A DNA stretch of 63,987 bases, filler included, from Choristocarpus tenellus KU-1152 (GCA_964200185.2; 11 parts of 11 records of this genome joined end to end with filler, not necessarily neighbours in it); one strand, 5' to 3'; shown: positions 11,877-26,700, counted from the whole stretch's first letter. The notes: generated by a model not told the origin, from the sequence alone. Translations and numbers: made by a program.

Positions 11877-12983
11877 TTTTTTAAATGACTTCAATTTCAA
11901 AACGTCGTTTACTTTTGGCTCTGTGACCCCTATTTTCTCTTTGAAGTAGGATGTTGGACTCGATTTTGCAAGGAACTGGGAGCCTGTGGATATGGTATGT
12001 TGATAAAGGTTGTTTTCGTGCGGTGAAACACACAGACGGTAGTAGACATATTAAAAACAACCTTTGAGTACACTGCATTAGTGTAGAGGTGGTACTCGTC
12101 CGGATTTCTAAAAAATACACTGCGTAGCAGACGCATCATGCGTACATGTGCTCCTTGCAACTATGCACATGGAACTACTACTTCACTCAAAAAAATGTAA
12201 GCATGTAAGTTCTCTAGTATAAGAATTATGCGATATCTTCGCACATGATCGGTGGCAAGTGTAGTGTATATACTCTGGTGTACTCAAGGGAGTCTCCGTC
12301 ATATTTGACTGCTTGTGGCACACAGACGAACAGATCTGGGCTATTTATTACTTCCTAATCTATCCTTTTCCAATTAAGAAGAAATCGTACCTTTCCGACA
12401 GAGTGTGGAAATATATTGGTGATGTCACTTAATTATAATTAGCTCCTGCTGAGAAACACTTTCCTAGTGGGGGAGAGGTGATATCGTTAAGGAATGGGAT
12501 TTTTTCTCTGATTTCTCATCTTGGTGCCCTTAGACCCTCCAATCCAATGACAAAATAGTTGTCTACAAGGTCTTTCTCCTATATCCATCAACTCCTGATG
12601 AGGCCTACCAGATTTGGGCCGTAAAAACTGGGGTGTCAGGCATCACATGTTCATTCCCTTCAACAGCACAATAGCTAATATCCACGTCCCTCTAGAATGC
12701 TTTGACTCGATAAACTTACAAAAAATAACAATATATAATACTATTGTTCCCACTGACATGTTGCAAGCAAGGATCGTAGCGTGGCAAAGGGGAGAAGGCA
12801 ACAACAAAACACATCAATTGCACAACATAATCAGGATAAAAGGAATTGCCTTGTAAAGAAGGTTGCAGACACAACAGGAGAGGACCACTACGTATTATGT
12901 CATAGACGCCAACCACGGTTGTAGTTTATATCAAACCATAGCGAAGAAAGAAGGGAAAAAAAACTCCTAACCTGCCTCTATGA

Positions 12984-13161
12984 GGGTCAAAGTAACTGGC
13001 GGGGGGGTGACGGCTGTCCATTTGGGGCCAATTTTTCATTTCGTGATTTTGGGTGATGTGGTTGTATACGTCGGATGGATAACGTAAGTGCACTTTTCCT
13101 GGTTATGGTCGAAATGGACACACTGGTATAGACCTCCCCCCCCCCCCAGATACTTTGGGTC
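12984..13161 (+). mobile_element. MITE family A, full empty copy (~178 bp)
   Basis: GGGTCAAAGTAACTGG...CCAGATACTTTGGGTC, with TGA on both sides. Confidence 0.85.
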
Positions 13162-13660
13162 TGAAGGCAGATGAGAGGTAATGGATACATGTAACTGTTT
13201 CGCAATAATTGTAGCTCTACAGTTCTAGTTGCAGTCTCAACTTGTATAATATACTTTATCGTCAAATTTCTGAGATACCATTGTTATAGTTGAAGTTATG
13301 GAGTACTACCATGTATTTTCCTGCTACACTACTATTTTAGCATTCTTTACTACAAAAAGAAAAATATATTTTAACTACTCTTCTCCATTTATACTCCAGA
13401 GTACACATATTATTATGTCCAACACCAGTAGTAGTATTAAGTGAATCTGCTCAAAGAGCAATCCCCAGACGTAGTCATGCGTTTTAACTGGAGACATCCG
13501 ATCGGCATATCTAGGAGAGGCTTCACTTACTCTCGGGATTATTCTCTTGCTTCTCGACCCTCATAGCAGTGTCAGTCTAGGAACAGTTTCAGCAACAATA
13601 ATAAGAAATGTTTTGGTAGCTTCTTTCTCGTTTCTTCTTCACACTAAAATACGCCTACTA

Positions 13661-14138
13661 CAACTCTTGTTGATGTATCTGATGGACCTCTCCTCTATTG
13701 TTGTTGTGTTCGTTACACTCTGTACCTAGTAGTTCTTTTCCATACTCTATTACTATTGTGTTTGATATTTTTTTATGCTCACTGACATTTTGCGGACGTT
13801 ATCTTATCATGGAGTAGGGGAAAAGATGAAACATGAAGTAGAGGAAGCGAAAAACACAACACCAATCGAGTCTGAAAAAGAAGAAACACGATGAAAGAAT
13901 GTAACGAGGCTCCAAGTATCTGGGGGGGTGGGGGGTCTACACCAGGGTGTCCATTCGGGCCCTGACCAGGAGAAGTGCATTTACTTTCTCCATCTGACAC
14001 ATGGTAACGAAATCACCCAAAAATCGCGACACGGAAAATGGCCCCCGAATGGACAGCTGCCACCCCCTCCCAGATACTTTGAGTCATGAGCACAGTAACG
14101 CTATAGAAGAGGTCCATCAGATACACCAACAAGAGATG
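13661..14138. mobile_element. TA-flanked MITE (Tc1/mariner-type signature) with ~55-bp imperfect TIRs
   Basis: TA|CAACTCTTGTTGATGTATCTGATGGACCTCT... is inverted relative to ...AGAGGTCCATCAGATACACCAACAAGAGATG|TA. Confidence 0.65.
13908..14085 (-). mobile_element. MITE family A nested in the right TIR of the TA-flanked element
   Basis: Reverse-oriented family A copy flanked by ACGA / ATGA (4-bp TSD with one CpG-type mismatch). Confidence 0.85.
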
Positions 14139-17100
14139 TATTATATTTGAAAATATGTAATACATTGCATAGTAAGTGCATCTGTGTAATGGCATACACA
14201 TATTTATGCAAAGACATAAACACACACACACACATATTATGTGACTACTCTGAGTATTATTCAAGTAGTATCAATATCATCTCGAAAAGTGTCTGCTCAC
14301 TCCTCCAATCCATTAGCAGCATTCATTATACAAACAATCGTAAATGTTGTGTATTCTGGAGTATTCTGTGGTATGTGTACTACTCGTGCGAAGAAAGTTC
14401 TATACATAGATACCATAACACAGTTCGCTTTGAGTCTTTCCCCTAGATCTTAGAGGGGGCCCTGCTTAGGCCCTTTTGGAAAATTAGGCTTCTTTAATCC
14501 TTTCACCTTATAGCCCATTCCCATGCCTGGATTGCAACTAAATCTCGATATCGTGGGAGCCTACAATTGTTAGAGAAGGCAAATGTTTATCCACATGAGT
14601 GCGAAATTACTCTTCAGAGTGGTAGAAACCCATGTACCACAAGCGGTCACAGAGGTCTCAAGTATTCAACAAAACTCCCCTCCAAGAACAAAGGATAGCT
14701 TTTTGCATATACCCACAGTATATGGTGGTGTCTTTCCTGGTATCCTAGCACTCTTGACGACTGCATTAGCGCTGATTTATCTCTTGCTTCAAATACGTCA
14801 AGTTGGGACGGTAGGAAAAACCAAGGTTGAAAAGAGCGTAGAAACCGTCCCTACCACCACCACCTCGCTTGGATCTAACAATGGATTATTATTAAATAAA
14901 CTGGAGGTCCAATTCTACTATTAATGCCAAATGTATGGCGACAGGATTATAGAATGAATGATGATTCATAGTAAACGCGAGGAATGATACGCACTTTTTT
15001 CCTTTTATTACATTCCACTTCTTTTCGATACACCTTCTTGCTCAGCCGTTGATCGAGGAGAGGTTTGGTTCCCTCCTGCATGGGTTTCTGAGATTCAAAT
15101 CCCATCGATGCCAGACTACTTGCCACTTGTATTCATCACGGAAATCAGGTTTCGACGATCTCAAACCCACATGGCAAGAACTGTAGATTGTACATCAGGT
15201 CTACTGTCCTATCTGTCGCTACACCAAAAAAACGAAAGAGATATAAACGAAGTGGAAAGGAGGCGTCATGGCCAAGCGATGCCAAAGAAGGTCCAGCACA
15301 AGATTTGAGAGAAGGGGCACCTGAGGTGAGATTCAGAAGAGAAGAAATTAGCAAGGGAGCTTGATGCAGGTTGAGCAAAGGCTATGGCAATGAAAATAGC
15401 ATGTTCCTCCATCTCGAGGTGTTATTGAATGCGACCAGTCAGAACAGAGCAGGGTTCCCGAGATTTACCAGTCGACCAGTTATGCTCCTGATCTGCTCTT
15501 GATCATCTCATACAACTATATGGCACGAAGAATGGAAAAATCTGTGCATGAAACGTACACGGTTGAGCGCAGTCTCTCACATCAACATTAAGGATATCCC
15601 AGGTGAAAGAAAGCTGTGCATGACATCATTCCCCTCCCCCAACCTTACGGGCTCTACCCTACACAAAACATTAACAAAGTGAGTGGATAGCACTTCACGT
15701 GTGACAGGCCCTTTAAGAAATAAAAAGTTCTGGGTCTTGAAACAACCCACGAAATGAGTGGGTCACCAATTAATGATCAGACACCGTGTCCAACACAGTG
15801 GGAACAGTGCTCCGTGTTTGTGAGTTTGTGCAAGCACAACACACCACTGCATGCATGGTATCAAAATCTCTCTGAAGGGGTGGAAACTGTAGTGAGAGAA
15901 AAGGCGTGGGCCACTTGCTTCCTCCTACGCCCCCCTGGGATCTGAATGGATGCAGCTCACTATCAAGCAGATTGGGTTTCTCGAGATCAACTGCTCGGTA
16001 TTGTTGCATGGGAGAGTGTATGAGGAGTAGGAAGATTCAGTACCTCACATATACGTGTGTGTATATACGTGTCACCTGTTGCTCCAACATAACCGTCCAG
16101 AGGGTGCCTTACAAAAACAAGGGGGGAATTGAATTCAGAAAAAGCATCCCATTTTTTTTTTACATTTACATCTAACCATGAATGAATGGTTTCGTGACTT
16201 CTTATATGCGCTTGACAGACAGGTAGCACCAAACTATTAATTCATTTATTCTTCACATTGGTCTGAGGGGTCGCAGACCTGTGGTCGAAAGGTGTGAAAG
16301 AAAGCATTATTCATCCTACCCCTTGAGAAATTACCGAATACAAAAGCAAACGGAAAAAGGAGAAACTAAAATAGAACGAATAATGTGTGAGGTCACAGAT
16401 TAGGTTTACTGTACCCTCTGACATTTTGCAGACGTGTCAGGGAAAAGGCCAAGCCAATATCACAAGGACCCCTATAAAATTGACGGTTTTCTTAATAATG
16501 TGAAAGATCATATATATATGAAGGTCACTTATTATGATACTATTCAAACAAAGCCGACATGAGGATGTTGTCTACACAGTCTTGAAGGATTATCTGTGTA
16601 GTTTCTGGTCATGTTCTCTAGGTAAATGCAACACATGAAACTATTTTCTATTGAGAGGAATTTTCTATTTTTTCCAATCCAATTATTATATTACAATGTA
16701 CATTATTGTGGAAAGCATGTTTGTCTGTTATTATACCTTTATTGCCGTATGCCATATACCGTTATACCGTGNNNNNNNNNNNNNNNNNNNNNNNNNNNNN
16801 NNNNNNNNNNNNNNNTTAATTAATTAANNNNNNNNNNNNNNNNNNNNNNNNNNNNNNNNNNNNNNNNNNNNGGAGTCTATTTGGGCCTCTCAAGTATTTC
16901 GACCTATAGAACCCCGTGTCTGACATCCCATTCCCGTGCCTGAAACGCATCTAACTCTAACCCCTTTTAAGAGGCTGTGACATGCCTGAAACGCATCTAA
17001 CCCCCCTTTTAAGAGGCTGTGACTGTAGAAGAGAGACAGCCTGATACTGTAAAAGATATTGCCAACACAAGCTCGAAATTGCTCATCAGAGTGGAAGCAG

Positions 17101-17414
17101 CGTATGTACCTGGAGGAATTCATAGGAGCCTGAATATTCAACAAAACCACCCTCTAAGATAGGATAGCTCACACCAATCCAAGACACCAACACCAACACC
17201 AACAACTATACATATTAAAACCCCTAATCAAGGTCCTAAAGGCCCTACACGCTAGCACCTTTATCCGGTACTACTTAGTCCAGCATTAAGTCCCACGCTT
17301 GGATTTTACCAGGGCTATCAATGAGCCATAATATCGTACTCAGAGTATGGAACAAGTAGAAATATTGAATTAAGTCCAAACAACTCCAAATAACTCCAAA
17401 AATGGGCAACGCAC

Positions 17415-20400
17415 CGTGGAGTGAGTTCTCGCAGCATACCCACCCCCTCAAGCAGACTTCGCAAGTCCTCTAGCAGCGCCTCAACCTCTCTCTTCGTATA
17501 CTCACCCAGATCCAGTGTGTCACAGGTTGACATGTGAAGTGTCCGGATGGCATCGATGTAAACCTGATAGTTATGGAGTGCAATGGTACCAGAGCATCAC
17601 TTTTAGACACCCTAACCCTAACGCTGCAAGTTGTATGTGTACGGTGAGTCCATTAAAAAAAAAAATTACTACTGATCAAACTCTTGCAGGCGAGCAAAAG
17701 CGTTGCATTGCCCATGTAATGCCCATGTAATGTGAAGCGTTGCTTGGACACACTCAACCAAATAACAAGAATTTTTTTTTGGAGAGAGCATGTTTCACTG
17801 AATTAGCAGTAAATCTGTCTGTTGCAAGTTTGAGGGTTAGGGTTAGGGTGTGTGATGATGGGAAGGTCAAACTCAAACACAGAGTTCATACCACCTATTG
17901 AACAGAAGCTAGAGTCCCATACAACTATTGCTTGCACATACTCAAGTGGACAAAGGTTCAGAGCTAGCAGGGCAATCATTTGTTCTAAGATATCACTTGT
18001 ACGAGTGCCAGACTGGGGCTCAAATTCTGTTGCCCGTGCAACGCTAGGTATATTTTCCTATTATCCGGCAAACGCACAAATCTTGACAAAACCTAACACA
18101 TTTGTCGCACAGAACAACGCCTACCAAGTAGTGATTTACTCAATTATGATCGCTTCATACGTAAGGTTGATAAGTTGATCTTCTACAAACCGTGGGTTTG
18201 AGAAGAGCAAGCAGTAATAACATAAACAAAAAGTCTCCATCCACACCCATTCGCAACATCCACTCTCCAGAAAACGCCCCAAGGTCTTTTGGTATGTCTT
18301 GTCCGTTGTGAGACAGACAGACAGTCAAGCCAACTCAATCCAGTTAAGTTTTTTTGTTGGAAGAACACTTGTCATCTGTGACCATAAAGTGTCTCATTAA
18401 CTCCTGTTACACAACCAACACATTGTCCTAGGTGTGCATTTGACCACTGGTGGGGCCGCAAGGACAATAACGCCTGACAGAGCAAGAAATCATGTCAAAT
18501 GTTTTTTTGTTTTTGTTTTTGTTTTTTTTAAACACTTGTAGAATGTACTATGCACACTGACACACTGTTTCCATGTCCAAAGTCTCGAACTGATATACCA
18601 TGTACAAAATGTTGAAACAACAAATATTCAAATCTACGCATTTATTCCTACCTTTGAGGAATTTCTTTGGTTCAGGGCAATGCCTGATGGCAGATCCAGA
18701 TCAACAGCTGAACTTTCTAGCCACGACTAGAATCTTTCAAACGCGATTAACCTAATTTGACACCCAACATCTGGAAAAGAGATCCCTAATGATTTTCAGA
18801 ATCACAGCTAAAAATATATATATACATATATACATATATATATACAATCTTGCAAGTATTGAGTGAACGCTTGAAAGTTCAGTAGGAACGCCACATGGCG
18901 AGTGTTCTCCATTACAACATTAGTAATCTCATCTCATTAACTATCTTGAAGGTTGAAAGCACCGACAATACAAAAGTGAGTGCGAAAATACACGCAATGC
19001 CCAACGAACAACGGATGGGGACAAACAACTCTTTTCTGCTTCAACCTGCACAGCACGCATCCCAACATTCTCGAGGTATCCAAATTCAAAGCGCACCATG
19101 CTTTCAGTGAACTTGGATCAGTGAGGACCTCAAACTACAGTGAACTATTTTCCGGTCTCTCAATATCACTAGATTTATAAAATAGAGGAGTTGATTTTGT
19201 CTAAGGTAAACAAACACTAGGTAGCATGCATAGTCAAAGGTACTGAGTTTACCATGCGCAGATGCGAGCGAAGGCGTGTCACCACCAGCATGCATGTCAC
19301 CAGGATAACACCTCTTTCAACCTTGCCACCTCATGTTGAAAAAAAAAAGGCCACATTCCGACATTTATATGTACATTCACTCAATAAAACATTGCCTTAA
19401 AATTGAACGAAACACTTGTTCTCCGTGCATGAATGGTGCATTTCACTGACATCTCCCATGTCATCCTGCCCAAGGTTTTCACTGACATCTCCCATGCACT
19501 CAGCGTAGCTCACAATTTCATTGAACTACTTCAATAAATGAACCCTAGTTGAACAGTTCATGGGATAAACAAAACTCTCCCACATAAAAAAAAGATCATG
19601 CAACAGGGCGTTCAAGGAATATCTCACCTTCCCTTCATCCAGAGCAAACTGCCCCGCATTTAGCAAATTGTTAGTTGTTTTCCCCATTGCCGAGCACACC
19701 ATTATAGGTTTCTGTCCTTCTTCAATAAGTCTTTTGACTAGGATTGCCACCTCTGTGAGACGCTCAGCTGTAGCCAAGGAGCTTCCACCAAACTTGATCA
19801 CAGTACGTTGGTCAACGCTTTTCTTGCTGTCCAATTCGCCCCTGTCCTCATCACCGAAGCAAGGTTTGGGTAAGTGCAAAATTGAGAGTACAATTGAGAG
19901 TACAGCTGAGAGTACAATTGAGAGACTTTGTAGCGTCACATTATTTTCATTCCACGAGGCATTGGAAGCTCCCAGGCAAGACCAATGGAACTGAGCACAG
20001 GGATAGCATGCACTGCTTGTACAGTTGAATATCACAATATATTTTTCTTACTTCAAAAACTGTGAAAGGCACACACTCATGCTCCAACTGTAACTGTAAC
20101 ATTGAGAACTGTACAATCAACCTTACAATAGAAGCAGCTTGCAAGGTGAACCACTGTGTGAGATTTTACTAGTGCGCTGAAAGTATCCAAATGACCAAAA
20201 ACAAGGGCAAGCACCGACTCTTCTTGTACCCTCTAGGCTTCCAGTGCAAACCAGAATATTCAGCTTTGGACATAAGCATGGACAAAGGAGGGATGGGGAA
20301 AATTGCACATGCGAAGCTGCAGGGCCATCTGTTCAAGACATACTGTAATATCAACATGTAACCATGCAAAGGCAAGACCATTCGCAACGGTTTTCTTTGC

Positions 20401-21586
20401 CAGAAGCTAAATGTCTTCTCTTTAAAACAGGTGTCACATGGAGTATGGACATGGAGCAATCAACTTCACAGAATACCACCAGGTTTCCAAAGAAGTAGCA
20501 AAAGTGTCTTTGTTAAGTGCAATCAAATATCAATATTTATCAGGAGTACCTCCATCCATTGAGATAGATAAAATGTTCTGTACAAGTCATGATTATAAAT
20601 AATACAACACTCACTTCACAAACACAAAATTGGTGTCTTTGAGGTCTCGTTAAAGTTCCTTTAGGATATACATGCATCATGCATCAGCGAGGGGTTGAGG
20701 CATACTGCATCCCATACAATGTGCCAAGCAGACATCTATCTCAATCGCAGTATCGCCCTACCCAAACTCAAAAAAAGGATCAAATCACGCCCACCCAGGC
20801 GACTAATTCGTGTACGATGACAATGGGTGGAGAGATGGAAATGGGAATGTCACCTCGACAAAGATAAGTGTTACCAGTCAGTCGCTGATGATTTGCCAAC
20901 TATATCACCCCAAATCTAATGATGAGCTCCATATTTCAATACGGATCGGCAGTGCACAACAGACCTGAAGTATTACTCACCCCAATGGCAGAATGGTGTC
21001 AACCACCTGTTCAACAGGTTCTACCTTGACGCTTCCTATAGCATTCATGGACATCCCGCCGCTAGGGAGAAGTGGTGCCATCCTACTCTTTGACCGGTAT
21101 CTCCATTCTAGGATGTTCGCAGGTGGTGCACTGTAAGGAGGACAAGTAGAGATGGAGACAACACATCAGCATGTCCACTCGACATGCAACTCACACAATA
21201 CTCTGGCTATGATAGATCATATTCCAGACCCTCCATACCAAACTATCGAAAATATTTAATATAGGCAAGGCATAAATAATAGATGGAGATACGAAATGAG
21301 CGAACAGTTCATCCGCACCAAGACATCGGCGTTCATTTTGTTGCACACAGAATTGGGGGTGCAATCCGTATGCGCCTGTGGATTACGAGGTAGATAATGC
21401 GAGGAAAAGGGTCAGATCACCAGACCTCTCAAAAAAGGTACCAGAGAGAGAATGCTGAGCACACCATCTGGGTCCTTACATGAGTGAGAGCGAGTTTGAT
21501 CCACGGGATGCGAACCCAATCACACCAGGCAAGCAGGCGCAAACCCAGAGTACGACTGCCTCTTGGTAACTAAACGGGACAAACAT
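17415..21586 (-). CDS. lysC: Aspartate kinase, plastid-targeted, 5' four exons (21586-21480, 21130-20981, 19841-19628, 17563-17415); 3' part missing
   Basis: Phase-consistent GT-AG exons. The translation includes TVIKFGGSSLATAERLTEVA...PIMVCSAMGKTTNNLLNAG...LLEGVGMLRELTPR, matching the plant-type aspartokinase N-terminus, preceded by a signal peptide ending VIG|FAS and a Ser/Arg-rich transit segment. Confidence 0.9.
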
Positions 21587-22903
21587 TTTGTCTGGCCCAG
21601 TACCGATCAATACCCCTGATGCAGAAATCACAAAACCACAAACCACCACACTCCTGCTCCACCACCTCGCTCTGAGTTTGTATGTAAGCAATTTTGTGCT
21701 GTTGATTGGGAGAGGAGATTATTGTTAAGAGGAGACACTAGTCAACTCGTAAACTAAACCCACATACCAAATATGTAAATATGTAAACGGCAAGCCCATG
21801 ATACTTTGATCTCTAAAACTCCTATGAAAAAAACGGTAAATCATTTGAATCTAAGATAAACACATAAGGTACAGGTGAGGATGACACATCTGCAAAATGT
21901 CAGAGGGCATAATAATAATAAAATAAAATAATAATGAAAAGTATATGAAAATACTAATACACCTCTAAAATGTAAGACGGCAAAATAATGAAATAAAAAG
22001 TAAATAAAAAGTATGTGTTGGTGTATGGAATGTGAATATGTCCACATAGATGAATATATGTGACATGGTTGAAGTACATGGAACAGGCTGCTTCCAATTT
22101 ACTGAACATATCCAGAACAAGGTCCAACAGGTAACAGAACGAGCAGTAGTAGGGAAAAAAAGATTGTGGGATGGTTGAACGACCAATAGATGGAGAAAAA
22201 GAAATTCCAGATGTATTTGAGGAAGATGGTTGGACAACGTTTTGCAGTACTTTAATTTATACAATAGAATTCTGACTAAGGTAATTTGTATAGTAGTACG
22301 ATTACAGTGCAAATACTTTAACCTGGGCACACACCATGGTTGGAAAAAAAGGGTAAGTTCATGAAGTAATCTGAGGTTTGTCGTGGGGAGAATTCTGATA
22401 GTAATGTAGTATAGTTGGTGTATTTATGTAAGAGAGGGTAGAACAACCAAAAGACATCTCTCGTATATCCCGACCCTCTCTTATTGTATATAAGAGCACT
22501 TTGCTCTTAAACCGAGGGATCGTGATAAGAGAAACCTATTTTATATCGATCAAAAGTTATCCTAGGCACTTTATACTTCTCCTCGAACGACGACAGAGTG
22601 ACGCCCTTGCCGTATGTGCTTTCCATGTGCCTTCAAGAGTAGTTACATGTAGAGATGTATTGAACATTGCCCTCGGTGAGCCCATTTCGATGAAGCTGTG
22701 GCAGTGTAGCAAGCACCACATCCACACCACCCCTGCATAATATACCATTGTCGTACGTATACAGTACTATAAATTTGGTAAATTACACTCATTATAATGT
22801 ATTCACTCATATAGTGTTGTTGCCAATAGCTTATGCCTCTGGGCTTGTCCTGCCATAACTTTTGATGTAGACAGGGGATTTTAAAAAATTGCATATTCGT
22901 GAT

Positions 22904-22967
22904 GAGTGAAACTATCTTAGAGGGTACGAATTTTTCCCTGTTTGTCCATTTGTGGGGCTTGGCTTCC
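22904..22967 (+). mobile_element. MITE family B, truncated at contig end
   Basis: GAGTGAAACTATCTTAGAGGGTACG...GGGGCTTGGCTTCC. Confidence 0.85.
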
Positions 22968-23067
22968 NNNNNNNNNNNNNNNNNNNNNNNNNNNNNNNNN
23001 NNNNNNNNNNNTTAATTAATTAANNNNNNNNNNNNNNNNNNNNNNNNNNNNNNNNNNNNNNNNNNNN

Positions 23068-23240
23068 AGTATCTGGGGGGGGGGGAGGAGGTCTACACCA
23101 GGGTGTCCATTTGGACCAAAATCAGGAAAAGTACATTTACATTATCCATCTGACGTATGCAACCAAATCACGGAAAAATCACGACATGAAAAATGGGCCG
23201 CAAATGGACAAACGCCACCCCCCCTCAGATACTTTGAGCC
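23068..23240 (-). mobile_element. MITE family A at contig start
   Basis: Collinear with 13908-14085; ends CAGATACTTTGAGCC. Confidence 0.85.
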
Positions 23241-23733
23241 ATGTTCCTCAAACTACACTATACTGTCTGATGTGAGGAAGTCTGTGCGGCTGATGCCGCA
23301 GTAGTAGTTGTACTTTAGTTGTTGCAGTTAGAGTTTGGTGAAGTGCATGCTTGTGTTGCAATTTGGTGTACTTCAGAATAGTTTGTATGTCTCTAGTCCT
23401 TTGGTAGATATACCCTTACTCTAACTCTTGAAAAGGGTTGCTGGACAGGTCCTGCAGGGCGAGAGAGTTAGTAAACACCGAGCATTGGCTAGTGGAACAG
23501 TGCTATGACTAAATCTGTAGTTGTTACTGAAGTATTACATATTTTACAGTAGAAACATAAATCATCTAGAGGAGGTGCACCAGCTGTGACATATTTGGTG
23601 AATATTTGTACACTCCTCAAGTTCCTCCGGTTTAGATTGTAGAAAGGCAAGGAGGATGTGTGCACAAAACCCAGAAAGAGTTGAGCCCCTCAGTGCAGTT
23701 TTGTCTGCTTGTTCCCGCAACCAATGTGTTCAG

Positions 23734-26700
23734 GAGATGCTAAGTCGGAGTCATGGGTCATTTGGGATAACCGCCTTCTCCACCCTGGAGCCTGGGGTGG
23801 CTGTTCTTGGGTGCAAGGGCCAGCCCATGGGCCTTGCTGTGGATGAGGTAAGTGTGGCCCCAGGTACATTTGAATGTTTCTGGAAAGTGTCCACTGAAGA
23901 GGAGTTGTGTGCATGTTTTATTTAATACGCCAGACTTGGATGATTTCTTGCAAGGAGCTTGCTGTGTGGGGCAGCACTGTGTGTTCCTTGAAGAGATTAT
24001 TCACCCTGTCGTATGTATAGTTTTCCACCTCAGAAGCAGGGCTTGTCCAAGCTTGGATCGACTTTATCAATCCTGACCTTGTAAGTTGAATGCTACTTTC
24101 TGCTCAGTCAACGAGAAGAGTGCGTAGATGGCGTTTTGGTCATGAGGATGCCGCCACATATGCTGTCACAATGCTTGTAGCTGATGTTTGGAACGATAAG
24201 AGTGTTGGGGACTGACAGACAGCCTTAACTCCATCTGGACTCCAGAAGCAAGGAGATAACACAGAAGCAAGGACGGCATGGTTGTATTTGAGACAGACTT
24301 GAGAGGAGCAAGAGATTTGCGTTGATCTGCCTGGCAAAACATCCGAGATACTGATGACTGGAGTAGATGATAACATTGATATACTTCGTCACAGAGGTCA
24401 TTTGTAACAACTACAAGCGACATTGATGACTTTGAGGATAGTGCTTTTTACAAACCCTGAAGAAAATCGCAAGGTCTCCCTCTGTATGCTTATTTATTCT
24501 ACATATTATCTCCCTGCCTGTGTACTTCCTCGCTTCTTATTCCTCCCTGTCATCCTGCATGGACCCATCTCAGGATATTCCTCTGGTACTCTATGGCAGT
24601 GAGGCTTCAGCCCTATCAGTCCGTGTGACGGATGACAACTACTGCCTCCCATATAGGGTGGACATGATGGAAGTGGGTGAGGTAGTGAGGTTGGGACTGC
24701 CCTCTTCGCTAGAGGACAGGAACAGTTTCACGGGACGTGATTTGATAGAAACAGGTGCTGGGGGGTCTGTGGTCATGCACAACCACGCGAAAGATGTCAA
24801 GGTTGGCCTGCTCCTACTTTCTGGCATTGAGGTGTGGATGAGCACCACTTGCACTGTTCAAATTAGATTGTTACTCCAAATTGTGTCAAGAACATCTTGA
24901 TTTTAAAATGTTTTCTCGATTCTATTATACATCCATGAGAACGTGAACGTCAACCATTGTTGAAGGACTTGTAACTGCTCTGTCTCTCCATAGGTCAGGA
25001 GCTACTCCCTGGAATACAGCTGTGAGCTCACTGAAGAGGACATAACTGCACGTTTCCGCACCCAGAGGTGTAACTCCACCACCCTACCTATCCTAAGGGG
25101 TAGTATTCTTGCTCGCCTCCTCTCTCGTAGCCATAGTTTGAGGTTGAAGAATTTATCAGCCACCGGAGACAAGCGTGACTACACCAATAACGCCTCTCAG
25201 AAAGTAAATGGGCCTACCACTAGGAATCAAGATGTGCCAGCTGAAGTTGAGAAGGGGGATCTAGTTGCGGAGGACCTGCGCCTGACCCCTGCTGCTCTTG
25301 CTGCGATTGATCGGGACTGGGACTTACCCTTATCTACTCTAGGAGTCCCGATGAAGGATGACGATGACTTCTTGGTGTCGCGATCTGAGATGAGGGGAGG
25401 TGGAGTTGATTTGGGTCATAAACCTGGCGAGAATATGCTAATAGCAACTGACTTCTCACAGTGCTTGTACCAAAGGATGAGGATGCAGCAATTCAAGAGG
25501 AGTAACACCATAGGTAACTTTGTAGTTTGTTACCTAAAGAGAATGGGGAGGGGGTTACAGGTTGTATCATCCTCTTTGATTAATTGTGACAGTTTACGAA
25601 GTGGTATCCTTCAATTTTGATTTGAGTGGATAGTCTGTGTTTCACTACGGGAACTTAAATTTTATTCAGACATATATGCACTTGTGAGAAGAAATGCAAA
25701 GGGAATTACATGTGCGGTTGAATGTGCAATATTTTCCCCTGTGGTTTTTGCATATTCCTTACCATACCTCTTAATATGACGGAATTCCCGGTTCAACAAT
25801 GATTGTTACATATTTGACTGAGGGTGAAGTTTGCCTCTCTGTTCCTTACTTCTGGTCACCTCCTCTCAATGGTGCGCTGAGGATATTGTGATGTGTTTGT
25901 GTAGCACCCGTGTAGATTTGGAGTGAAATTCATTGCGAAAAATCGAAGAATTGATAGGAAATCAGTAACTTTGCCATTGCATAGTTATATGTTACTGAGT
26001 CAAGTGAGGTCTCTCTCCTCAAACCCGTTTAAAACAAGAACCTGGGTTGTCAAGCCAGTAAGTCATTTCATATTGTCCTATCGTGTATACTATGTAGCCC
26101 ACTCACCTAACCCTTCTAACCTCCACTGCAGACCTCCTAGTTGCTGGTGTGGAGGTTTCTCTGTGGCTGGGGGAGCAGTTTGCTGCTGGATTGCGCCTTT
26201 TCTTGCCAGGCTTGAATATTCACACCACTTCATCCAACAAGCTCCTTGGGTTCTCAGGAATGACCCCTCAGCAGGTGATGGAAGTTTCCCTTCTGATTCC
26301 TTGAGGACCCCCAGTCTTGTTTTTCTTGAATATTTCGCACTCCAAGCCTTTACGTCATGATAGTGATACTTCTGAGAGTGACGTGTAGAGGAACATTTTA
26401 CGCCAATAGAGTTGGGTTGAGATGATGCTGCTCTGAAATATATCTTCCGTGTATCTTCCATGTATAATGTTAACTTTGATGGATGCATTGTTTGTATCCA
26501 GTATCTCGGAACATAAGCTTCATTTATTTTTTTTCTAGTGCACTTGCTCAGAATACCTGAAATTATGCGAAGAACACAAGTAGATATTAATAGTATTCAT
26601 TCACACGTAAGAAAGATGAACAAGCCTCCGATGGCCTAGGCGTGTATGTAAGATATGTGGAATGAAAACATCTATACTTTATGAGGCATGGCAGCTGTGT

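Noticed and set aside
10500-12300. Short minus-strand ORFs with Cys/His clusters (possible SWIM/MULE remnant)
   Set aside because: The motif is incomplete and interrupted, so it cannot be supported without a profile search.
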